Shown: in pieces, positions 46,101 to 57,500 of the stretch
Position numbering within the stretch: the stretch's first letter is position 1
Layout: every line of letters begins with the position of its first letter
Assembly (NCBI GenBank): GCA_002633005.1
Contig: NMRA01000194.1
Location: 375,074-439,073, forward strand
Origin: Phoronis australis
Lineage: Eukaryota > Animalia > Phoronida
DNA: 64,000 bases
Direction of reading: 5' to 3'
Translations under genes and position numbers: made by a program
The notes under the pieces: model-generated
What the model was told of the DNA's origin: nothing
Seen by the model: only the letters and a program-made list of their open reading frames with translations
Database searches by the model: none

Positions 46101-49100
46101 AATGGAGGACTCGCATATTGTGCAGTTTTTGCAAGAGTTCTGGTAGTGCAGAAGTTCAGTATGTTGTACCAGCTTCAGGACGTCGAATTCAGACTATAAG
46201 AATGCTGTGCAAGACATTACACTTACAGACAGAGGGAAAACGTAGACTCTTCTATCAAGACCTAAAAATGTGACTGACTTTGCAAAGACGCTTCACTTGG
46301 ACTGTCTTCATCATGGGAAAAGTTTACTTCTGTGTTAGACTTTTTGTACTTAGTTGACATTGACATCACAATTATTAAGTAGCCTAAAACCTCCATACTA
46401 GTGTGTCAAACACGTCTTTAGACTTCCATTTCAAAGTCATTGACTAAGCAAGGAAGCGTGAACAGAACGGAGGATGGTTATTTTATAATCCAGGTGAAGG
46501 TCACACATTTCATCAAATTTCATTGACAACCGCCATTTGCAAAGCCAGCTCATGCGAATAGCAGTGGTTTGTGACTGGTGGCTGTGGATCTATGTATGCT
46601 GTAGACATAGAAGCAATGAGCCTGTTATGGAAGTGATCTACCGGTTTACATATGAAAACAGTTACCTGTGAATAGTAGAATGGGTTATAAGCCTGTCAAA
46701 ACTGCAGTTATCTCTGTCCATCATATCCCTTTCATTTTTGACAAAGTTAGCTCATTATAGACCATGATTAAAAAAGTTGTGACCTTGGCCATTAGAAAAC
46801 GTAGTTGTCGGTGGATGATTTTTGATCACTGGCCAAGTAAATTTGTCTAGGAAGAAGAATTTCTCCCAAGTGTGGGAATGAATTTCACAAAATGTGGAGG
46901 GAAAGGTATTCAATGAGGGATATCTAGTTTTGGCATTATTGTGGCTTTGAATTGAGCGTGGAAACCAGGATTGGCCAAAGGAATTAAAATCGACCGTGGC
47001 AGTTCGCTTTGACTGACCCAATTGCCTCTTCTTAGCTCTCTGAAGGCAGTAATTCAACAATGATCACAGTCAATAATATACAATCAAACCGAGTTAAAAA
47101 AGCTCCCAAAGTTTCTGAAATGTCGGTTACACCTAAAATTCACCTGTGACCAAGTCAAGTTTTCTGGGATTACAGCAGTTGATTTTCAAGGATGTGAAAA
47201 TTTACACTTTCAAGCTGGAGACTTATTCATCCAGTTTTGGCAGTTTAAAAGTTTTCCCAATACTGTGAAGTTCTCCTGATTTGGAAATTTGTTTCTGTTG
47301 TCCATTCCTAGATCAAGGCTTGTCAGCAACTTGAATCACACTGACAGTGTGGGGGAAATGTGCATGTACTTATAGAAAGGAAATCGATTTTAATGTGCAA
47401 ACAGAGAATTTTTATAACATTGCGACTGCTTTTATCTGTATAACCTTTATTCAAACAAAAATTTAGGTGTCATAATTTTTGTATTAGGCGTATTTACCAA
47501 ACCAAAGGCTTAATAAGTCATTTACAATAATATGGGCCTTGTGACATGATATTCAAGTGCATTAAGATGGTTTCCGTCTGTTGTTTGTTGCTTATGACTT
47601 TTTTATTTTGTAGGAAACGGACGATGATGAAAGTTTCGTTCAAAACTTGTTTTCTTACAACAGTGGAAACTGGCACAGTGCTTGCAGGTAAACTGATTAA
47701 CTTGGTCCGCAGGAAGTTTGTTACTCATTACCCCATGTTTATATGAGCGACACATGCTTCTGCCAGCAAAACTTATGGTTTGCTTTGAAGCAACTTTTGT
47801 CAGTACTCTTAAAGCTGAAGAAAAAGTCTTTGCCACTTTGGTTAGACTGAAACTGGGTGCAGAAGTTCAGTCCAATGTGGTTCAAATGAGGCAGGTGAGA
47901 TGTAAAACTCAGCTACAGTGTTCTCCACTGCCTGTTTTGACGCTTCAATGCATTGAGTTTGGCTTGACTAATTTGGCTTACTTGCGTTAAGTTTGAAATC
48001 TTATGCAATGAATTTGAAGTATTGTGAGATTAATCGTGTTTTTTAGTCAAATGTGGACATTTTGGACTTTTGGTACCAGTTCAATGCACTGATTACAAGA
48101 CTTAACACATAAACTCCCCACAGCATGGAGATGGACTTTCGAAGACGTACAGTAATTCCAGTGTAGTTTGAATTTTCTGTTGCAGTTTATCAATTGTTGC
48201 AGTCGTGGATTATTGAGAATGCGTTTTCTTCATTACACGTGCCTGGCATACTTCACCCCTTTGTTACTGTGTCACGGAATCTCAATTGCATGGTTCCATT
48301 TTTTTAGAAACTGTTTTTTCATTTAGCAGACAGTTCATCGAGTATTATACATGAATACACACCAGGTGAAATTCAACTGAAATTCACACAGTGTTAAAGA
48401 TAATATGTTTCATTAAAACCGTGAATATTTAAGTTTGTAGCAAGCACCACCTTTGTAACTTCCTGGAGAACTATGTGTACAAGTATAATCAGAAAAAGAA
48501 ACAATTTGTTAGTGAAATGCGATTTTAAAGAAAACACCATAATTGATACACTTAAAAACAAGTGTGAAAATATAGAAAAGCCTAATAATTCCAAATGTTA
48601 TGTAATCGTTATTTGATAGTGAAACAAATAGTAAAAACTGTGCCATGTTTCATTAAGGTAATGATGGCATATTACCATAGTCATTTACATAAAAATAGTC
48701 TCACAGAACGAGACTTTCTCAAGATGTTTGGTAACTGTTTCTCGGATGGTTACCAGCACACTGGAAGACCCGGGTTTGTTTTTAAACTAGTACTTCATTT
48801 TCATATTTGCAATTCAGTGAAACATACATTATTAGCATCTTTAAATTACGTTGTTCTCTGCTGGAGTCAATCAACTGATGACTTGGCTAAGTCCTTTTGT
48901 TACAGAAACATACGGAATACAGTGATTGGAAGTCGCAAGCAGAAATCTTACTTCATTAATGTTGGCATACTTCCAAGGTATGAGGTTGTGCATTGTTATG
49001 TCGGGTGTGTTTTAACAGCTTCATCAACAAAAATCACTGATTTCAGAGTACAGCACAAGTTGTATTCAGTCGATATTGCTGCTCCTGCTGTTACGGTAAC

Positions 49101-52100
49101 ACCTTTAAATTTGGTTCCTACAGTATGTTAAGAGCATCGCTCTGAGCCAACTAGTGCCATAAATTGCCAAATGTAACGAACTGTGGCTTGCTTTTGTTTA
49201 CGTCACCGCGAGAATCACCTATTCATTCAAACAGCTGCGAATAATACACGCTCTCAGTGGTATTCTATTCAGACCCCTATTCAATACAAGTTTTATCGGA
49301 ATTTTATTGTTTGTGCTGGGTTCTCACGGTGACGCAATATGGCACGAAAAGGCAGGTTCAGTTATCATTTGACGGGCTTACATTTACGTGATTGAACTCT
49401 CGTCTTATTGTACTAAGGCTTCGCTAGGATTATCAATTACCACAATACATCTAAAATAAGAAAATTCCGTTTAAGGTAGCTTTAACACACAATCATTATA
49501 ATCACTATTTCTGGTGTGATGATATTATATTGTTAATCATGAGTATTTTCATGACAAATTAAATCGTCAGTGGCATGAGAGAAGCTTAGACACGTACGCT
49601 GCCTTATAGGCAACGGTGACCTAAAGTCGTGAATATAAGCATAATTAGCAGCTGAATGTCATACTACCCAATGTCCATTAACAACTGCTCCTGTGATATC
49701 ATGGACATATATCAGCCTTCACAAATATACGTGTTTTGCCAATCTTAACCCTTGTTTGTCTCAATAAGCAGAGTTTTGAAACGATCGCTGATATCGCTGG
49801 CCATTTTGAATGAGGCCCTAAAATCGTGACCGTTTTGTTTAGATGGAAATGCACGACGTAAGACCACACAAATCAACTACAGTGCTTACAGTTACTCCTG
49901 ATGACATAAAAATGCATTGCATTGTTTATTAATTCAGTTTCAAATGAAATACATTGTTATATGTTTTGCACCCAACTTTGATGTGCACAGACATTTTCAA
50001 TGAGGTTGTTCATGTAAAACACTAAGAACCCAGTGTCAATTATTTCTCTGTATTTTATTGTTTTGGCCTTAAAAAACTTGATCGACCCTGGGACATTTTG
50101 ATACATTGATCAAGCCACCCCTAGAGCACATGTTACAGCAAATCTGAACGATTTTTAGTTTCAAAAATGTATTCTGACAATGCACAAAAAAGTGGATTAG
50201 TGAAATATGCTGTTTTAAGGTACTTTGTGAGAAAAGCCACCCACTCACTATTTATATCATATTATGAATATCAACACGTCCGGATATTCGTTTGGCGTTC
50301 GTAAGCAGAAGAACACTGGAAACTTAACGCTAGATGTCGCGGGACCATGCACAAGCGGAAATAAGATCGTTCACGACTTTAGGGCACTCACGACTTTAGG
50401 ACCTCTGACGTGAAATACTTCAGCAATTAAAAATATTCTTTCAAAAAGCGCATTATTTTGGAGCCTAAATTTGTGCATCAGGTATTTTTAAATGATGATT
50501 TATCAATACGTTTTAAATTGAAACTGTTGAACGCTTACTGCTCGCATTGGATAAGTCTAGCTTCTGTCACGTGCAATGCTATTTTAAAACTTGTTCCTAC
50601 TTGAGTATTTTTTTTCCACTAGCGCAGCTTCGCACACGGTGCATGGGCCTGGCAACATGTATACGTGTTATTATTTGTTGACACTAATGATCGATTACTT
50701 TGTCTCTAGGCTGCTTCAGTTGATGAGTGATGATGACGTGGACTTGGTGACTCGACAAGAAGCAGCTGTAGTGTTGGGTAGTCTGGCTAGAAGCTCGTTG
50801 GATAACGTGCATGCACTACTTGAAGCTGGCTGTTTGTCAGTCTTGTTCAAAGGTAACGCGCATACCACAATATGAACCAGACTGATCTCCATCCTCTCAA
50901 AGAGCTGTTAAGGAATGTCAAAATATTTTCTTTGAGGAATCCATCCATGAAAAGGGTAAATAAGTGTTTGATATTAGGTATGATCACGTTAAATGTTGAA
51001 GGATGTCTATGTTTGTCATGTGCCATGAATGTCTACTGTGTCTTGCAGGTGTCACTCAACCCTGTCTGAAGTATGTTGAAGCCTGCTTGCGATGTCTACG
51101 CACTATATTTACAGCCAAATCTCAACAAATTGACATCATGTGTGAGGTAATGTAGCCTATAACATGCATCTCTGAGCTATACATGACCAGGTAATGTAGT
51201 CTACAACATGCATCTCTGAGCTATACATGACCAGGTAATGTAGCCTACAACATGCATCTCTGAGCTATACATGACCAGGTAATGTAGCCTACAACATGCA
51301 TCTCTGAGCTATACATGACGGCACTTAAGTCCCAAGTATTTATTATGCTCGAGAGTTATATGTACCAAACTATTGCATGGCATTACTGCAGGCTCTTTAC
51401 CTGACATTTATTCTTTGCCAGCCAATAATTTCTGCTGATTGGTGGCTTCTGGAAAAATATCGGATCCTGTAGTGTTTCTAATTGGTCAATTTCCTCCAGA
51501 ATTTCATTATTATCCCGAGATTGTCATATTTTTCCTAAACTCTTCTCTGCCATCTATTTTTCGCTGTATGAATGTGCCCCTCATGGCTTAATTTGCAGCC
51601 TCAGTTTCAAACAATGCTTCCCAGTAGTGACTGTCCTGGAAAAGTACTTTACGGTCATCCAAACTAATGGTCTACATAGTTATTCTTGATACGCTCAGCT
51701 ATTGGTTTCTCCAGGCAATTGTGTTTGTTGTCAACAAGCTACTAAAATATTGTCGACTCGACACATGTACAGCTGTTTACTTTTCCAATCGTACCAGACT
51801 CTGAGGAATCACTGGGCTGCTTGTTGCGCTGAGTTTTTGTTTTTCCCAATCCAGCCGCGGTCTTTAACTTTGCTAAGGAGTCGTGCAAGGTTTTGGGCCG
51901 GGAAGGACTCTTGGCCATTAGTAACCTTTTCTGGCCTCGAATAACTTTGGCAATGGTGGTGAATGTTAAAATGGACTCATTTGGCCTTCCCTTGTGAGGC
52001 ATGAAAATGGGTCTCTCTAGGAGAAACGCTGCAGGTACGGCAGACAATATCAGGCACACACCAGTTAGTATGTAGACGTGGCCAGCGTTCCGAGTACTGT

Positions 52101-54475
52101 CGTAAACTGTTCCTGAAATGATAGTTTCACTTGGACAGCATTTTTCTTGACATAAGTTAGCACTGCCTCTGTCGAGTTTTGTTTATTATTTATACGTTCA
52201 TTCTGAGCTGCTCAAAAGAGATGCGCGGTGTTGCTTTTTCAGCAAAATTTATGATGTGCTTTAATATTCGTAACTGCTTGATTTGCAGTTCACATTAGTT
52301 TAACAGTTCGCCTGAACAAAACAGTATGATATTTCATAACTGGATCCTTTAATACATTGTTAGCGGGGAAAACAATGACATACTGTGTTCAAGGATCATT
52401 GTCAGTTATGGGCAACAACAGGATTTCCCATGGATGCGATAGACTTCTTGAAGTTTTGAGCTATAAAACAACGAAATCAGTTGTGTTTCATGATTTGGTT
52501 ACAAAACACCAAGTCTCGCCGTTGTTTGTCAGACATTCACTAAAATCCAAGCCTATGACTTTACCAGTTAAATGCCTGTAAAAACTCTTCCAATTATCGA
52601 GTGGGATTTAGCAGAGCAGTTGACTGTAACCTAAGGGGTTTTGGGTTCGACTCTGCACTGAGGCTCATCTTAGAAAATTTTCTTTCTTGCCGATAATGTT
52701 CGTTCCACTGGTTGAAGTAGTGATTCGGTGACAACAATGTCCATAACTACCTGCAACCGACAAGCCAGTCAGTATGGCAAGACCTTGGGCAATTTCCAGC
52801 ATTACTGTGGCACAATGCAACTGGTCCAATGAGGCATTCTTGATTATAGCCAGGTAGCGGAGGGAGTGAAACCCTGCTAAAGGAGGAGATGGAGACTGAA
52901 TAGATTTGGTGTTGGGTTGTGGCTGTGTGTAAGACTGACCTCTGGATATTGCTACACAGCATAAAATACAGGAAAACTCTCGTGAGACGAATCGAGCGAT
53001 TTTATCAGAGCAATGCAATATACGACTTATCTGAAGGCGCAAGTACGCAGACAAGAACAACTCTACCGTGGAACTTTGTCCGAGTTAAACAAAAGTCTTA
53101 CTCATGCTAGTTTTACTGTGTACTACCAGTAAAATTTCGTAAATTGCTGTGGCACTAATATCACATCAAAATGTTTATACTAATCACTATGGTAAGGACT
53201 AGTTGACTGTAACAAAATACAAAGCAGAAATATTCTGTTAATAATGTATAGAGTGTGAAATCTCCTTTAGAGCACTTTTCAACCATCATTTTCGTATCTT
53301 GCTATTTTTATGAGAATGGGCAGTGTTACTGCCATTATATAGAAACCGTCTATACATTGCGCATCTCGATAATGAAAACTATTTAAATTAAATACGTTGG
53401 TGGGATACATTTATGCTTACCTGCTAAGATTCCATACGCAATACAGTAAATAACTTGGTAGGCTCTGTGATGTAGAACTGAGACTAGACACGTGACTATC
53501 CCTGCTGGTACGAGTGAACTGGTGTGCACAGCGATCACTGAGACATGATTGATTACTCGTCCAATCGCCAAATCACCGATTAACTTTGATATAGCTACAA
53601 AGGACCACGTTTCCTTGGTTACCCAAATGTTCTGTTTCAGTGTAGGGAGATCGTTTGTGGTTCCTTTCCACCTCCTTCGTTATTGTTCAATACAGTGATA
53701 TCAATAACTTGGGTGTTGAACTAAAGTGCACACAGCCTAGACAAGTTGCATTTCCCAATAGCATTGGTTAAAACAACAGTGTTCCTCATCTAAAATACGT
53801 GTGATTTCTTGTCTTGGAAAGAACTGACAGACATTTCATTATGGCTTGAGATTAGGTGTTTCATTTTATTCACTGAGTGTGGTCTCAAAGAATACTGAAG
53901 CGTCTGTCCTTTGCAAGTTCAAAAATCACTTCTTATTTGACATCAAGTTGAAGCCAACTTGTATTTTCTTCAAAAGAACCCAGTTTTATTGGTGCTTCAC
54001 TTGATCATGCGGGATAGCTTTGGTCTGTGACGTTTTGGAATATGCATGAAATAATCCTAGTTTTCGGTTGATTCATTACTGTTTTGCTTACCTAAAGAAG
54101 CCAGTAGGGATGCTCCTACTAACTTGCTCTCGCCAAGAACAGCAGTGTTCAGTGGTGTGAAGTATATTGGCACGTAGTAACCTGAACAAAATATTGCAAT
54201 ACACATTTCTTCAGTCCATGCTCCAGGCACATCAAATCTGATTCTGCATATAGTCAATAACTCTTGCTATTACTACTGCTGCTATTGTTACTACTTCTAC
54301 TACTACTATTACTACTACTACAGTGTTACTGCCACTGTTACTACTGTTCTGCTACTACTGCTACAGTTACTGTTACTACTACTACTAATACTACTACTAC
54401 TACTATTACTACTACTACTACTACTACTACTGTTACTACTAATAATACTGCTGTTTCTACTAATACTACCACTGT

Positions 54476-54566
<91 letters not shown>

Positions 54567-57500
54567 NNNNNNNNNNNNNNNNNNNNNNNCTAGGAACACA
54601 GCCTATACTGTTCCTTCTCTTGCTGCAGTAGTCTCACTTATAGTAATGAATTGTGAACTGATGCTGCGTACAGCCACTAGTGCATGCTGGAGATATCAGC
54701 TGATATATTGTTACTACTGGTGAGGTGATATAAAAATCTTACCAATGCTGTAGAGTATAACCGATGCTGCATACAGCAAGTAGCTCTGCCTGCGCACAAT
54801 GGACAAGTCGATGTTCATGTATGTGCGTAGAGCCCACCTCTCAAATTTGCTTTTCTTACGGACCCGCTGTTCCTGCTGACTCACCACTGATTCCTGGTTC
54901 CACCTGCCAGCCCCTAGGGGCAGTGGGTAAGCGTGACTGGAATCCAGGAACAACCCCATGCCCATGTGTCTCAGCTGGGAATTGGTCTTGCTTAATGGTT
55001 GCCCATTTTTTCCACTCGCATTTCCATCAGTGGTGACGCTGGGAACTACTTGCAAACTGTTGGCAGATAGTCCATCTTTGTTCAATTTGTTGTCTTGGAG
55101 GTACCGAGTTGATACTTTAATGTTGTCTCTAGACTGCTCCAACTTGCCTCGTGAAGATCCTTCTTGGCTGATTCTCAGCTCCAGTGCTTTAATGGAAGCC
55201 ACCATTTGTAGGACCGTTGACATTTTTTTATCTGCTTCGTTGTTGTTTTGGGTGACGCTCTTCATGCTCAATTCGGGATTCACGTCAATCTCTATTCCAG
55301 CTGTGTTGATGCCTTGCTTCATCCACTGCTCGTTAGGCACGGTCTTGTTCATACCCGGGCTCTCTGTGTTCTGTGGCGGAGCCAGGTAGTCTATCGTCTC
55401 TTCAGTCTGGTCACTTGACAACTGGCCGTAGGAGCTGCTGGTCTCTGTTAGGGTGATGTCTTGTACAGCAACTACACTGGAGTAGACTAACAGTAGATTG
55501 ACGGGGTCATGAATAATGTAGGCCAGTATTCTATCCATATCGTTATGTGATATGGGCATATTGCTCCCCTCCAGTGTCAGGATGTACCCTATGTGGAATC
55601 CAGACATCGGGTCCTGGGTTGGACGTACTTTAAGAGCGTGCGTGGGCTCGCTGGACGTCGTGCAGCAAATGCGCTGTATCCATGGCGATACAGTATCCTG
55701 TCTGGTGACCCGTGGAACAAAGTGTAGCCCAAATAGTACACCTAAAAATAATCAAAGCTCGTTTAACTATTAAGGAAAGTTGAGTTCCAGATTTGGTTTT
55801 GTAGCTTGTGGAAGCAGTATTGATTTGCAAACCTACACCAATTGAGCAATATTTGGTGAATTGAATATTACTTATCGTAAAGCATAAAACTGCACTGAGG
55901 TTAAAGTCTTGATGTCAGACTGAAGTAATCAGTAATAATGCTTGTTATCATGCGTTTGCCTACAATTTGTAATTGAAATCGTATATTAACTCTTCTAATA
56001 TGAATATTTAAAGTGAATAATATCAAACCTGCTTTTCGTCACAAAAAGTTTTTTTTACTTAGATCACTGACTGTCATGAAATTGGTCTCAAATTATCCTG
56101 TCCTTGGCCAAAAAGATGTCATTTCTGTGCTCGTAAAGAACTGTTATTGTGTGAGACAAGGTTCTCTCTACGAGTAGACTTGTCATGTGTCATTTCTTAC
56201 ATCGAGTCTGGTCTTTAGCAATAACGAAGTACAACTTCTTTGCAAGACCAGAAATCACTTCTCATTTAATGAGGGGACAAGTCAGTTTTGTTACTGTAAG
56301 GGATCTGAATCAAAAATTAGTTTCTTCAACAGGACATAGGTTTAAAGCCTCTTTAGCATGTTGGTGTGTTTTAATTTTTAGAGGCTTCTTAACTGTATGA
56401 AGATGAGAGGCATCGTATTCACGTGAATCTGAGAAGTTCATGGGATCAGTTTTAATGAAACTCATCAAGACTTGGGACTGAAGCTCGCACCGCGTAATAT
56501 TTTTGCTCAGGACTCTGCATTAGCACCTCAAAGTAAACGTTGCACAATCTGACTGAGGAGCACATGGACAGTGTCATAGTCGAGGCTTGTGATTGGTCGA
56601 AGTTCCACCTTTTTGCCTTGACCGTGACCTGTTTCGTCAAGGTGTTAAGATTTACTTGAGTGTTCTTAGGTGATATCACATCTTAATCAAGCCTGTACTC
56701 CATAAGATTTTCTTCAAATTTTGCTTAGCGCTCGCTAAACTATGAAAGTGATGTTACTCCATGTACGTTTTGAGTGTAGATGGATACTTTTAGAGGCAAT
56801 TGGAATCTTTAAATACTTCCATTTGGAAAAAATACTTCCGTAACTGTTTTTTGAGTAGCATTCTGTTCTGTCAGCGAAATTGAAGACTGAACTTCATTAC
56901 ATTCAATGTGCTCAAGGTAAAACGGAAATGTACCGAATGATATGGGGAGGTTACCCACCCGTCTGACAGCGACACCGTGAGGCAGCAGCACAGATAGGGG
57001 GAGACCTGTCTAGGGTGTTCTGGGAATGAATTTGGTTCATTATAGCTGTTAGAGATAAGAACTGTTGTACTTACCTGCCATTATTACTCCTATAGTTGCG
57101 TACATGGCTGTTTGTAAGCCATATCGCTCGATGACTAGGCTCAGTAAGACGGGGTAAAGTCCACAGCCAATTGCATTGCCACAGATGACAACCGTTAGAG
57201 CCAAGGATAAGCGCTGCTTGAAGAACTCCCGCAGAATACAAAGGCATGAAGCATAGATCATTGAGGAAGCCAAACCTGGGTGAAAATAAGATCGTGAAAA
57301 TAATTTGAAGGGTGCTAGTGGTATTGTATTGTTGTAACAGTTTACACTAATTTTTTGATGTTTTTTCCAAAATTTACTGGTAAGATTACAGGTTATTTAC
57401 ATTTAGCCAAAAATAGAGAAATCAGGGTTCTAAAAGTATGTATTTTCTGAAAGTAGAAAGCCTAATTGGGTCACACTAAAATGTCTTGAATAACAAATTT

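Noticed and set aside
51145-51319. 44-bp repeats as a CRISPR array or as tiny new introns
   Set aside because: Head-to-tail repeats without spacers; 44-nt units lack a polypyrimidine tract and are probably too short to splice individually
52600-52665. tRNA-Tyr-like sequence (ctGTAa loop, GGTTCGACTC)
   Set aside because: Stems are broken and the A-box is degenerate; at most a SINE or pseudogene remnant
54264-54599. Poly-L/T/A and poly-S ORFs
   Set aside because: Translations of a trinucleotide microsatellite within an intron
54764-55389. Plus-strand ORFs of 90-143 aa inside the ARMC8 intron
   Set aside because: Antisense shadows of the large transporter exon; no ARMC8-like sequence or supporting splice sites
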